Shown here piece after piece: positions 30,383 through 40,745 of a DNA stretch of 64,000 nt. The stretch is from a virus (taxonomy: Duplodnaviria > Caudoviricetes), in IMG/VR virus record IMGVR_UViG_3300014205_000175, positions 96,001-160,000 of that record; one strand, given 5' to 3'. How positions within the stretch are numbered: the stretch's first letter is position 1; each line of letters opens with the position of its first letter. Below the pieces are notes generated by a model that saw only the letters and a program-made list of their open reading frames with translations, was not told where the DNA came from and did no database searches. Position numbers and translations under genes: made by a program.

Positions 30383-31874
30383 CATGTCATACAACTATGC
30401 ATCGAATGCCCTTAACAACCTGCAGATCAACCGCGTGCTGATGGTGGAGACGGGACGTTACAATCCTGTCTATAGTCGTCCGTACGAGACCAACATCTCT
30501 GGTGCGGTGATGAATAATCTTGTTGAGCGTATCGTTAATACCGGTGGCAAAAAAGTCACTGGTAGTTTGCTCAACGGGATCTCGGCAGAGATCGCAGCCC
30601 CTTCGGCAATCCCGCATCACGCTATTAATATCAGTGGCGGATGGGATGAGCGACGTATTCGCTTTATCATCGAGGTACAGTTCACTCTCTCGACTGGTGC
30701 TACCGGGTTTTACTACATCCAAGGTTATACCTCGCACGCTGGGGTGACACCAAATGGTGCTGTTGATCCGAATATGGAGTTTGTTATCAACTCTTATACA
30801 TCGGTCAATCGTATCCAGACGCTTACTCCGACAGGCTTGCAGTACATCGATCGTATCGAAGATACGGCACAGGTGTTCACTGGTATCGATGGGACATTGC
30901 AATCGCATTCAACCATGACCTACGGTCTGCGTCCTGAGGATGTCTTCAAAGGCATTCAGTCGAGTTTCTTGCAGGGTGGGGCTACGGTAGCTGGTTTTGG
31001 TGATGCGATCGATTTCCGTCCTAACCTCGGTTCCAAACCCAATCACAGTAAGCGAGCGAATAACATCCCGTCGCAGTACGTCGGCGAGATCGTTAACTCG
31101 TATCTGATCGGTCAGGACTTGTCGAGCTTTGGTCAGGGGCAAGAGGATATCATGTCCCGTACGCTGCATGTGACCATGGAACCGTCAGTAGCACAGAACT
31201 TCTTCTTCAATGTGCTCTCGCAAGTGCGCCATCAGCTCACCAACCGTTTCACATGGCGCGACCTGCAGCAGATCGATCCTAGTGTCGATGCCAAATCACA
31301 ATACATCACTCTCGGCTCGGCAACTAAGATGAGTCCCACGCCTGTGGCTGACCCGAGCATGACTGCTTACTGGTCGGGTTCGGATCGCATCACGCAAATG
31401 GCGAGCTTGCTCTCGGCAGCAGTACCGGGGTTGATGATGGCGTTCATGATCCAAAAAGTGCACTTTCGCTCTACCAATCATGACGCCACCGGGATGGTCA
31501 ACACCGTAGTTATCGATGTGAAGTCGATGGTTAATCTGGACATGCGGCGTAACGTTGAACTCTTTATCCACCAGCTCGAAACGGAGATCATTCGTGACAT
31601 CACAATGAATGGCCAGGATAGTTACATGCTCGATATGAGCTGCGATATCTTTGGTGACACGTGGATCAATCTTTCACTCGGAGCAGAACCTATGACGCAG
31701 TTTGTCGTGCCGAGTTTCTGCGATTCGTTGTATAGCCCTGTGGTTACCAACAACAGTGACCACTATAACCATATCGCTTTCGATTTCAATCAGCTCGTCA
31801 CTAACGTAGCCGAAGAAGTCAACAGTTATGGCTCACGCTACGAGAGTTCGATTCGGGTAGCCGCAGGCATCTAA
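30383..31874 (+). CDS. probable nuclear import factor (PicA/Imp1, phiKZ gp69-like)
   Basis: Start MSYNY with AGGAG RBS; directly follows the gp68-like gene; synteny-based. Confidence 0.55.
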
Positions 31875-31923
31875 ACATAATACCCTCCGTCATGTGACGG
31901 AGGGAGTTCAACAGGAGATTGCA

Positions 31924-33294
31924 ATGAGCAATAAGCTTTTGACATTGTATAAAGATTTGCTGAAATTTGCAGGTTGTGAAACTGACAAAGAGAACTACAT
32001 CTACTTTTCGGTCAACGATAAACGTTCTCCGTTCCTGGTCGAAGGTGTGAATGCGGTGCTGCCCACCCAAGAACATCTGAAATCGGCTGTAGGTAAAGTG
32101 ATCTTCCATCCGCTACGGGAAAACATTACTCGTGGTGAGAGCGAGGTACTGAAGAAGTATCGCAATGCTTTGACGATGCGTCTGAACGTTGTTGGTCACT
32201 CGGTAGCACAATACCTGTTGAATCTGGCTTCATCGCCGGATTTGCAGAAACACCTCACGAGCGATCAGATCGATCTCATCACTACGATGGGTGACGTTGA
32301 TACTAAGGCGGTCGAGAACTTCAACAAAGTAATGATGCACGCCCTTAAAGAAGACCCACACCGAGCGCTTGTCAGCATGTATTTGCGCGCCGGTGCTACA
32401 GTCTTTGGTAAGAAACATGCGCGTGTATGCATCGTGAATTTCCCGATTTATGAAGCACTGGTTAGTGACGAAGAAAAAGTCTTCGGCGTCAAGCTGCGTG
32501 TCAAGGATCGCGATATTTTCACGCGTCTGCATAAGTTCATGTTCCCCGGAATCGAACATCAGGATAGTTACAGCTTTGGTTCGAATAGCCGTAACGCACC
32601 GTTCATGGAAGCACTGCTTGGTTCGGGAAAACTGATTGCTGCGAGATTGAATGATTTACTGAAAACCTACCGAGATTTTATTGATGACGCTGATGCGCTG
32701 GAGCTCAATTGTGACTGGGTAGATGATCTCGATAACCTTGACGAACTGAGTGACGAGATCAAGCGTATTCCGACTCAAGCGGGTAATGAGGGTTCGGTGC
32801 GGGTAGAAGAACGTCTCAAGGAGCAGCCTATCGAGCACGTAGTTAAGATTGAGCCCCCGACACCCCAGGTGGCTCAGCCGGCACTACAGCCGCAGGTGAT
32901 GTCCCAGCAGCAATGTACGTCGATGCATGTACCGGCAGCACAGCCACCAAGCAGTAGCGGACATTTGACAGTGAAAGAGCTGTTGGCGAAAAATCCTGCT
33001 ACTGCTTACATGCCCAACCCTTTAGCGCGAGCAGCTATGATGCAACAACCGATGTATCAGCAGCAACATCAGCGTGTGCCAGGATGGGCACAAGGAGGAC
33101 AGATGATGCCGCAGCAACCGATGTATCCCCAGCAGCAGCCCATGTACCAGCAGCCCATGTACCAGCAACCGATGTATCCCCAACAGCAGCCCATATATCC
33201 GCAACAGATGCAGCAGCAGCCGATGTATCCGCAACAGATGCAACAACCCATGGTGCCGCAGCAAATGCCTGGTTATCGTCCTCCGTGGCAGTAA
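31924..33294 (+). CDS. conserved core protein (gp70-like) with a Q/P/M/Y low-complexity C-terminus
   Basis: Start MSNKLL with AGGAG RBS; C-terminal (QQPMY)n repeats. Confidence 0.65.
   Translation: MSNKLLTLYKDLLKFAGCETDKENYIYFSVNDKRSPFLVEGVNAVLPTQEHLKSAVGKVIFHPLRENITRGESEVLKKYRNALTMRLNVVGHSVAQYLLNLASSPDLQKHLTSDQIDLITTMGDVDTKAVENFNKVMMHALKEDPHRALVSMYLRAGATVFGKKHARVCIVNFPIYEALVSDEEKVFGVKLRVKDRDIFTRLHKFMFPGIEHQDSYSFGSNSRNAPFMEALLGSGKLIAARLNDLLKTYRDFIDDADALELNCDWVDDLDNLDELSDEIKRIPTQAGNEGSVRVEERLKEQPIEHVVKIEPPTPQVAQPALQPQVMSQQQCTSMHVPAAQPPSSSGHLTVKELLAKNPATAYMPNPLARAAMMQQPMYQQQHQRVPGWAQGGQMMPQQPMYPQQQPMYQQPMYQQPMYPQQQPIYPQQMQQQPMYPQQMQQPMVPQQMPGYRPPWQ
33040..33270 (+). repeat. coding tandem repeat encoding QQPMY/QQPMYP units
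   Basis: Repeated cagcaaccgatgtatc / cagcagcccatgtacc units. Confidence 0.85.
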
Positions 33295-33356
33295 TAGCCC
33301 GGATGTGAGAACAGACCGGCTCCTGATCACGGAGCCGGTCTGTTCATTTTTTGTTT

Positions 33357-33692
33357 TCAGAAATGTTTTGCTGCACTGTTGTAAAGACTACTTAGCATTT
33401 CGATTTTGCTCAGATCTGGTACCCGAACTTCAGTATCTTCACCCAGATAGTCACCAGCATGTCGATAACCGTTATGCACGAGGATATAGTAATGGTAATG
33501 TTTGGGGATGTTGAGGTGATCGAGTAGTCCGTAGAAATCGCCTTGATACTTGTAGGCGATCGCTGCAGTTACCACTAACACTTTCTCACCAGCTTGATTC
33601 AGATGTGGTTTAAAACTATCGTGCCATACGCGATAATCGGCCGTGTAGAAAGAACCCGCTCCATATTTATCTTCTAAACTGTTGATCTGCAT
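33357..33692 (-). CDS. small conserved protein, possibly baseplate/LysM-like
   Basis: AAGGA RBS; AYKYQGDFYGLL...LVHNGY...VRVPD pattern. Confidence 0.55.
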   Translation of the reverse strand: MQINSLEDKYGAGSFYTADYRVWHDSFKPHLNQAGEKVLVVTAAIAYKYQGDFYGLLDHLNIPKHYHYYILVHNGYRHAGDYLGEDTEVRVPDLSKIEMLSSLYNSAAKHF

Positions 33693-33764
33693 GTCTGATG
33701 TCCTTGTAGTTACACATTTAATAAGTGGTTAGCAAGCCATAACATTTCACAAGGGGTAGCACTA

Positions 33765-36311
33765 ATGACTTATCCAAACGAACTACACTCTGAACTCATG
33801 GGAGTACATGCGCTCAATACCTATGCGCAACACAATTCTTCACCGCGTTCAGTAATGTTCTCGTCACACTTCAGTCAGAAACTCACGATCAAAGGCGGTA
33901 CTGAAAAACGTATTCAAACCGGTGCAGAAGTTGAATTTGCCAAACACACCTATGCCGTACGTATGCCAGTCGATGCCAAGATTATTCAGGTTATCGATTT
34001 GTATCCTACCAATATCGCCGAAGATTCGATTCCTGAAAACCCCGAATCGTATATCGTCTATGAGGATGTGCAAACGCACGAAATCGGTTGTGTAATAGCG
34101 CCTAAGTTTATCTCCCATCATCAGTACTTCGGTTATAAACTCAACCCGGTAAGTAACGCAGTTCCGGGTTCAGTCATCGCCAAAGACACGGTGTTGATGG
34201 ACTCTCCAGCAGTATCGGAGAACGGCGGCTATAAGTATGGCATCGAGCTTAACATGGCGTTGATGACCCAACCGGCAGTCGCTGAAGACGCGATCCTGAT
34301 ATCCGAGGATGTATTAGATCGTTTGTCGTTCAACGTCTATGAACGGCGTACGGTAGAATTCGGTAAGAGCAACTACCCACTGAACCTCTACGGCGACATG
34401 GAGAAATACAAACCCTTCCCTGAAATCGGTGAGTACGTGCGTGATGATGGGGTACTGATGATTCTGCGCGACATGGACACCGATCTGGCACCGGTGGATA
34501 TGAGCGTCTATGACGTCAGAGAGCCTGATTATACTTTCGATAAATCAGTGTATGTCAGAGGTCCGAAAGGCAAAGTGGTATCAATCCGTTCTTACCACAA
34601 CGAGCAACCGACATCTCCTACCCCTACTGGCATGATGGAGTATATGGATAAATACCCGCGAGCAATGCGGCGTTTTTATACACGGGTACTAGAAGTGGAG
34701 AATCGTCTTCGCTACGAGCGTCGCAAAAAGTTCGGTGACGATTATCTGCCGATGAAGCCAGAGTTTCATCAGCTGGTTATTGATGCGATGATGTATCTAG
34801 ACCACAAACCCATTGACAAGAAGGCTCCTCCGCTGACGCTAGAGCATCGTAAAACACCGCTGGACGATTATCGTATCGAGTTCGTTATCGAATACACGAT
34901 CCGTCCGACAGTGGGTTTCAAAATGACAGATATGCATGGTGGTTTAATTGTAGTTCAGTTGGTGTATTGATTGAACTGCATGGCCTTGCCCGGTAGAGAT
35001 GCCGGAACAAAATCTTCCTTAACTGTCTGGAACACCCTTAAGGCTGCGCCACCACATGCATCCTGAAAAGAGATGTAGACGGTCTGACAACGGCGCGGAT
35101 GACCTGTACGTAGTATGTACAGTGAAAGGGGCAACCAGCAGCCAAGCTCCTACAGCTTAACAGCCATGGAGAAGGTTCAACGACTAACCGCTTACCACGG
35201 TGTAGGGCTCCGAGCGGAGTTCGAAATGGGAAGCACCCGACCGAGTGATGTCGAGGGTGAAGATATAGTCTGCCCCCGTATGAAAGTATGGGCGGGTGTC
35301 TGAGCACACCGGGATGAGACAGTAGTATGAGCGACTCGTCTGGACAATGGGAAAGGAGTTATTTGCAAGATCGAAAAACCGGAGAATATGCCGGTAGATG
35401 CTGATGGCAATCGTGCCGATATCGTCATGGCACCTGAATCCACAGTAGCACGAATGAACTTAGGTCGCGTCTATGAGATGTATGTCAGTGGGGCGTGTCG
35501 TGATACGGCTAAAACAGTACGTAAAATGCTCGCCGTAGAAGGCACACGTGAAAATCGTGTGCTGCGTTCACTCGAAGCCGTACAGCAACAAGACCCGCAG
35601 CGCATCGAGCAGACCTACAACTATCTGCTCGGCTTTTATCAACTCATTTCGGAGAAACAGCACGCTTTTTATGCCGCACTCGGGTTACCGCAACGGCTAG
35701 AACATTTAGCTAGCGTGGTGGTCGATGGGATCTATATCTACTGTCCGACCGATAACCAGAAGGAAACTCCTGATATCGTCAAGGACTTGGAGAAGGATTA
35801 CCCGCAGATCTACGGTCCGGTCGCTTATGTCGGTAACTCAGGACAACGTGTTACGACTCAGGCCAAAGTTCGCATCGCGCCGTTGTACATGATGTTGCTA
35901 GAGAAAATCGCCGATGACTGGTCGGCTGTATCTTCGGCGCGACTACAGCACTTTGGGGTATTGGCTCCGATGACTAAGTCGGAAAAGTACCTGCGCCCAT
36001 GGCATAACTCTCCGGTACGTAACATCGGTGAGACCGAAGCACGTATCTACTCGGGCTACTGCGGCCGGGAAGCGATCGCTGAGATGATGGATCGTAGCAA
36101 CAATCCTCTCGCTCATAAGCAGATCGTGCGTAACATCTTAGCTGCTGAGAAACCCGGTAACATCGATGAAGTTATCGATCGCAACATCATACCGTTAGGA
36201 GGCTCGAAACCGTTGCAACTCTTTAACCATTTCTCCATCTGCCAAGGCTGGCGTCCGGTCTATACGCCCGAGTCGCAAATCGACAACACTTTACCACCTA
36301 TCGCGCAGTAA
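33765..36311 (+). CDS. nvRNAP beta subunit (phiKZ gp71-73-like), spliced from exons 33765-34943 and 35352-36311; 712 aa
   Basis: EDAILIS; joined GFKMTDMHGG|KGVICKI (cf. GDKxxxRHGNKG); ADIVMAPESTVARMNLG; YMMLLEK; NIGETE. Confidence 0.92.
34944..35351 (+). mobile_element. group I intron 3 (408 nt, no ORF)
   Basis: U|...G| boundaries restore the frame; Q GGGCAACCAGCAGCC; R GTTCAACGACTA (35175-35186); S AAGATATAGTCT (35260-35271); same 3' end CTGGACAATGGG as intron 2. Confidence 0.92.
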
Positions 36312-36370
36312 TCTTACCACACGACCCCTCGCTATAACGGTGAGGGGTTTTATCGTACAGGAGCGTCAAA

Positions 36371-36730
36371 ATGAAATATCAAGATCACGGTATGGATGAA
36401 AGTGCCCTTCGCTACATCATCAAAGAATATCTTAACCACACCCTCACGATAGATCAGTTGCAAGACCCTAAGATTAAACCGCTGATCGAAGCGTTGCGTG
36501 GATATTTTGCAGATGAGGCTGATTCTTTGGCTATCACCTATATGGCGTCTATCATGAAGATGGCCGACGAGAATATCTCCATGGCGTTTGAAATCGACGA
36601 ACATCTGAAAATCGTATTCGAGGCGATCAAAGATACCGAGTTCGTCAAGGATTTGTTGGCATCAGCGACGGTAGTGCATTGCGAGTATAACCCGCAAACA
36701 GGTGAGACTCGTCCGGTAACTCTTCACTAA
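36371..36730 (+). CDS. hypothetical protein
   Basis: AGGAG RBS. Confidence 0.65.
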   Translation: MKYQDHGMDESALRYIIKEYLNHTLTIDQLQDPKIKPLIEALRGYFADEADSLAITYMASIMKMADENISMAFEIDEHLKIVFEAIKDTEFVKDLLASATVVHCEYNPQTGETRPVTLH

Positions 36731-36742
36731 GGAACAAGTAAA

Positions 36743-37096
36743 ATGAAAATTCGCAAACTATCGACTGAAACTCTTAATTTTCTAGACGAAGTTATCGCCG
36801 CTAGTAAAGAACCCAATCTCAGCGAGATCATCGAGAAAGCATATTCGACATATTCTTCACTCATTGACAATGACGGCGATGACAAAGCGATGCAGTCGAT
36901 CTTCAGTGACGTTAAATCGAGCACCGATGGTAGCAGCGTGATGAAAACCGGCTGGCAGCGGATGAACGATATGCTGCAAGGTGGCTTCAGGCGCGGAGAT
37001 TTCGTCATGATCGGCGCACTGCAACACAAGTATAAAACCGATTTGACGTTGTCGCGTGGTGGGATTGTAGAAATACAGCATGAGAAAAGCTCCTAG
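36743..37096 (+). pseudogene. short ORF containing a fragment of a DnaB-like helicase
   Basis: KTGWQRMNDMLQGGFRRGDFVMIGALQHKYKT matches the DnaB TGxxxLxxxxGG...G + Walker A region, then stops. Confidence 0.6.
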
Positions 37097-37108
37097 AAAA
37101 AGAGAGGG

Positions 37109-37150
37109 TTAGTATTCCGAGAAATACCGGGTTAGTGCAGGCGTTGTAAC
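37109..37150 (-). repeat. near-identical copy of the 3' end of gene 6991-9060
   Basis: TTAGTATTCCGAGAAATACCGGGT identical to 6991-7014; encodes TPALTRYFSEY*. Confidence 0.85.
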
Positions 37151-37419
37151 AGCTAGGGTAGGTAAGAAGAAGATTAACAACCGCAGTACTGCAATTCGGT
37201 TGGCTCGAATGAAGGTCATTAAATCAGGGGAAGCACTGAAAGATCCGTTCTTCATACGCGATGCAGTGGTGACTGGAGTTCTTCGTCTGTCGGTCAAAGA
37301 TGTCCAGCTTCTGATCCAGTCTAACCAGTAACTTTCTTCCATTGGTTAGCCAGAGGTGAGGTTCTAGTGCCTTGCCTTTGGCCGATCTTAACACTTAACT
37401 ACCATTAGGATTTACGAGG

Positions 37420-37704
37420 ATGACCACCATCGACAGCAACTCTCTAAAAAAATACCGGAAACTACGGAAAAGAAATCGAGCTCTGATGCCGCCGTATAAG
37501 CTAGCGCAACTCTTTTACGAAATCCGAGAAAAACTCCCCGTGCCTGAAGATCACTCGTTTATGCTGGCAGTAACGCCGTTCAAAAAAAGCGTCCTCTTCA
37601 AGGCTACTTTTTTTAAACCAGAGAACGAAACGCAGGTACTAGCGGACATATCTCCGGATGCACTAGTGTTTTTCCCTGCCGATATATCCCATTTGCTCCA
37701 CTGA
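37420..37704 (+). CDS. hypothetical protein
   Basis: 94-aa ORF, AGGA upstream. Confidence 0.55.
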   Translation: MTTIDSNSLKKYRKLRKRNRALMPPYKLAQLFYEIREKLPVPEDHSFMLAVTPFKKSVLFKATFFKPENETQVLADISPDALVFFPADISHLLH

Positions 37705-37718
37705 CACAAGGATAAAAA

Positions 37719-39623
37719 ATGAGTATTCTGTGCGATAAAGAGATCATCTCGTTGTGCGAGGGACCGAACCCGATGATCTCCCCGTTCAAATCTCATCAGG
37801 TACGCTACCGGACCTCGAATGATCCGTCGCGTAACCGTGAACGCATCGTCGATGGTGTGACCGTGTGTGATGAGAAGATCGTCTCGTACGGTACGTCTAG
37901 TTTCGGCTACGATGTACGCTGTGGTAACAAGTTCAAGATCTTCACCAACATCAATTCCACCATCGTCGACCCGAAGAATTTCGATGAGAAATCATTCGTC
38001 GAATACGAAGGCGATTGCTGCATCATCCCGCCCAATTCATTCGCTCTGGCTAATACGGTCGAGTATTTTCGCATTCCGCGCGATATCCTGACGATCTGTG
38101 TCGGTAAATCCACGTACGCTAGGTGCTTTACTGGCGATACCAAGGTAGCGCTGGTGGATGGAACCTCGGCTAGTTTCGAGGATTTGGTCGAAAGGGCGAA
38201 AACAGGTGAGCGCTTCTGGGGCTATAGTGTTGACGATGACGCTAACATCGTAGTAGCAGAACTTACCCAGCCTCGTAAGATCGGTCACGAAAGAATCATC
38301 GAAGTAGAACTGGATAATGGTGAAGTTATTAAGTGTACGCCTGATCATAAGTTCATACTTCTCGACGGCAGTTACGTTGAAGCCCAGCATCTTCAGATTA
38401 ACCAAAGCCTGATGCCTCTCTACCGAGTTGAAACACGCGGTTATGAGGCCGTCGTTCAGCCGACTACGTTTAGTTTCATTAGTACCCATCATTTATCAGA
38501 TGCGTGGAACCTTAAAAACAATGTTTATGAGGCAGGTGAAAACGAACACCGGCACCACGCAAATCATAATCGTCGGGATAACCGCCCTACCAACATCGTA
38601 CGAAAAAACGCATCCGAGCATCTTCGAGAGCATAATGCTGAAAGAATGAATGATGCTGATTATAGGAGTAGGCTCAGCGAGCTGCGTAAAGAAGCTTTCC
38701 GAAAACACGACCAAGATCCTAGTTGGCACCAAGGTTTTGTACAAAGATGCAAGGCGGCTGCAGACGCATTTTGGAATTCTGACGAACACTCGGAGACTCG
38801 TCAGAAGGTTTTGTTTGGGCGGAAGAACTATGGCGCCAACATGTCCGCTGAAGAACGCCAAAAGCGGTCCGAAATAATGCGGGTGCTGATGATGGATGTT
38901 GTCAGAAGGAAGGAAAGCGCCGAGAGATTTAATGCACTGTGGGAAGATCCTGAATTCCGTGCAAACAAAGTTAATCAGGCACGTAGTCTGAATCTCCGTA
39001 CCGAAATCACGGAATGTGAGGTAAGGGACGCTCTTGAAAAAGCAGGAACTCTGCGAGGAGCCGCGCGTTTACTGGATTGTGATCGGACGGTGTTCCGTCG
39101 TTTCCGGGATCTTGTCCTGGAGTTCAAAGATAAAATCCAAGCGGCGAGACTTTCAACTGACGACGTTCTGGATGCTCTGAGGAAAACTGGTTCTGTCAGA
39201 AAGGCTGCAAAATATCTTGACATTGGTCGGAGTAAACTTCTGTCATATAAGGAGGCTGTTAGTGCTTATTATGGTAAACCGGTAGCTGAAAATCATAAGG
39301 TGGCAGCGATCCGGGAAGTGTCGGGGACGCATGATGTTTATTGTCTTAGCGTTCCAGAGCACGGGAATTTCGCACTGGAAGCGGGAGTGTTCGTCAAGAA
39401 CTGCGGGATTATCGTAAACGTAACTCCGTTCGAACCCGAGTGGGAAGGTTTCGTGACTCTGGAGTTCTCCAACACCACTCCGCTACCGGCTAAGATCTAC
39501 GCCAACGAAGGCTGTGCGCAGGTATTGTTTTTCCGTGGTGATGTACCGTGCGAAGTCTCGTATCGTGACCGGGCAGGTAAGTACATGAACCAAGTCGCTA
39601 GCCCTGTTATCCCGCGTGTGTGA
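37719..39623 (+). CDS. dcd: dCTP deaminase containing an intein
   Basis: [28 protein letters not shown]|...|[24 protein letters not shown]; 208 aa after splicing. Confidence 0.93.
   Translation: MSILCDKEIISLCEGPNPMISPFKSHQVRYRTSNDPSRNRERIVDGVTVCDEKIVSYGTSSFGYDVRCGNKFKIFTNINSTIVDPKNFDEKSFVEYEGDCCIIPPNSFALANTVEYFRIPRDILTICVGKSTYARCFTGDTKVALVDGTSASFEDLVERAKTGERFWGYSVDDDANIVVAELTQPRKIGHERIIEVELDNGEVIKCTPDHKFILLDGSYVEAQHLQINQSLMPLYRVETRGYEAVVQPTTFSFISTHHLSDAWNLKNNVYEAGENEHRHHANHNRRDNRPTNIVRKNASEHLREHNAERMNDADYRSRLSELRKEAFRKHDQDPSWHQGFVQRCKAAADAFWNSDEHSETRQKVLFGRKNYGANMSAEERQKRSEIMRVLMMDVVRRKESAERFNALWEDPEFRANKVNQARSLNLRTEITECEVRDALEKAGTLRGAARLLDCDRTVFRRFRDLVLEFKDKIQAARLSTDDVLDALRKTGSVRKAAKYLDIGRSKLLSYKEAVSAYYGKPVAENHKVAAIREVSGTHDVYCLSVPEHGNFALEAGVFVKNCGIIVNVTPFEPEWEGFVTLEFSNTTPLPAKIYANEGCAQVLFFRGDVPCEVSYRDRAGKYMNQVASPVIPRV
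38124..39401 (+). mobile_element. intein (426 aa) with HNH-type endonuclease and HTH-like repeats
   Basis: CFTGDTKV start, CTPDHKF block B, VYCLSV block F, ends VKN before Cys+1; [15 protein letters not shown]. Confidence 0.9.
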
Positions 39624-39694
39624 ACCTATCGCACTTCAAGCTGCCGCGCAATCGGGCAGCTTGAAGTAGTTTAAAACCCTGTGAGGTATTAGGT

Positions 39695-40003
39695 GTGAGC
39701 ATTGTTCCCGAAGAAGTAATCGCTCGTATTCGTATGCTACGGCTACAGATGGTGCTACACAGTTATATCTACTACATCCTCGATGACAACCTAATCACCG
39801 ACCATCAATGGCAAAGCCGTGCCGATGAGCTCGCTCAGCTCCAAGCTCAGTATGGCGCAGTGCAGATCGGGGTGTATGATCTGGCGTTTGAAGACTGGGA
39901 TGGTTCGACTGGGTACCATCTACCCAAAGATGACTGGGCATATAGTAAGTCTTTACAGCTACTCAGATGCCGAGATCTGAAATTAGCACAGTCACATATA
40001 TAA
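39695..40003 (+). CDS. stand-alone protein resembling domain Ia of NAD-dependent DNA ligase
   Basis: HSYIYYILDDNLITDHQWQSRADELAQL resembles LigA YYxxDxPxxxDxxYDxLxxEL. Confidence 0.6.
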   Translation: MSIVPEEVIARIRMLRLQMVLHSYIYYILDDNLITDHQWQSRADELAQLQAQYGAVQIGVYDLAFEDWDGSTGYHLPKDDWAYSKSLQLLRCRDLKLAQSHI

Positions 40004-40009
40004 CATATG
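39995..40009 (+). promoter_or_regulatory. putative early promoter variant
   Basis: AGTCACATATATAACATATG followed by the AAGACCGCCACTATCG leader. Confidence 0.55.
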
Positions 40010-40053
40010 AAGACCGCCACTATCGGCTAGGTCATTTAAGAGGACTGTCAAAC

Positions 40054-40374
40054 ATGACTGAGCAAGCATGCATGGAATGCCAGGTAAAGCCTGCTACCGA
40101 GAAGATCTACATGGACTCCGATGCTTTCGGTGCTGATTACCTACATGTGTGTGAGGAGTGCAAGAAGATACACTTCTTACTCGTCAAGGAGCCCGAAACA
40201 TTCGACATCGCGACTACCGAGTGCGAGTTCAATGGTAGCCGCGAGTATCTCTGGGATCGCGATAGTAACTATCGGGTGCGGTTGTTCGACCGCACCGCAG
40301 AAGGCATCCAAGATGCTTTGACGCGGTTCAGAGAAGGTATGCAGACTGGGAAGCTATACCGGATGTTTGGATGA
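40054..40374 (+). CDS. small zinc-finger protein
   Basis: Start MTEQAC with GAGGA RBS; CMEC...CEEC. Confidence 0.55.
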   Translation: MTEQACMECQVKPATEKIYMDSDAFGADYLHVCEECKKIHFLLVKEPETFDIATTECEFNGSREYLWDRDSNYRVRLFDRTAEGIQDALTRFREGMQTGKLYRMFG

Positions 40375-40435
40375 GCTACGTACCCTGACCTGATGAAGGT
40401 AGGGTACGTATTTTTTTAGCTACAAGGAGTCACTG

Positions 40436-40702
40436 GTGAAGAAAGCCCGTATCAAAGTAGGTGCCAAGATCATGCACGATTTTCAGACCTTCCGCTGGCC
40501 TGAGTGTAAACCGCCGCGCTGTTGTCCTGAAGTCGACCCCGACATGGTGTTCGATGTGCGACAGGTGCAAAACGGTAATCTCCTCTACTGGGAGTGTAGT
40601 GCCGACGGCTACGGCTACCTCAAAAGTCGCGGCGATAACGGCGAATATGGTAATGGCTCTATCGCAGTGCTTTCTGAGTTAGGCATAGAACTAATCGACT
40701 GA
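40436..40702 (+). CDS. hypothetical protein
   Basis: AAGGAG RBS, GTG start. Confidence 0.6.
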   Translation: MKKARIKVGAKIMHDFQTFRWPECKPPRCCPEVDPDMVFDVRQVQNGNLLYWECSADGYGYLKSRGDNGEYGNGSIAVLSELGIELID

Positions 40703-40745
40703 AATCTAGTGGAGTAGCATTCCGCTATTTCGTAACGATAAGGCT

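Noticed and set aside
33022-33330. Cys/His/Leu-rich antisense ORFs
   Set aside because: Shadows of the QQPMY repeat on the opposite strand
37109-37150. Diversity-generating retroelement template/variable repeat pair with the tail gene 3' end
   Set aside because: Repeat is only about 42 bp, differences are not adenine-specific, and no reverse transcriptase is in the window
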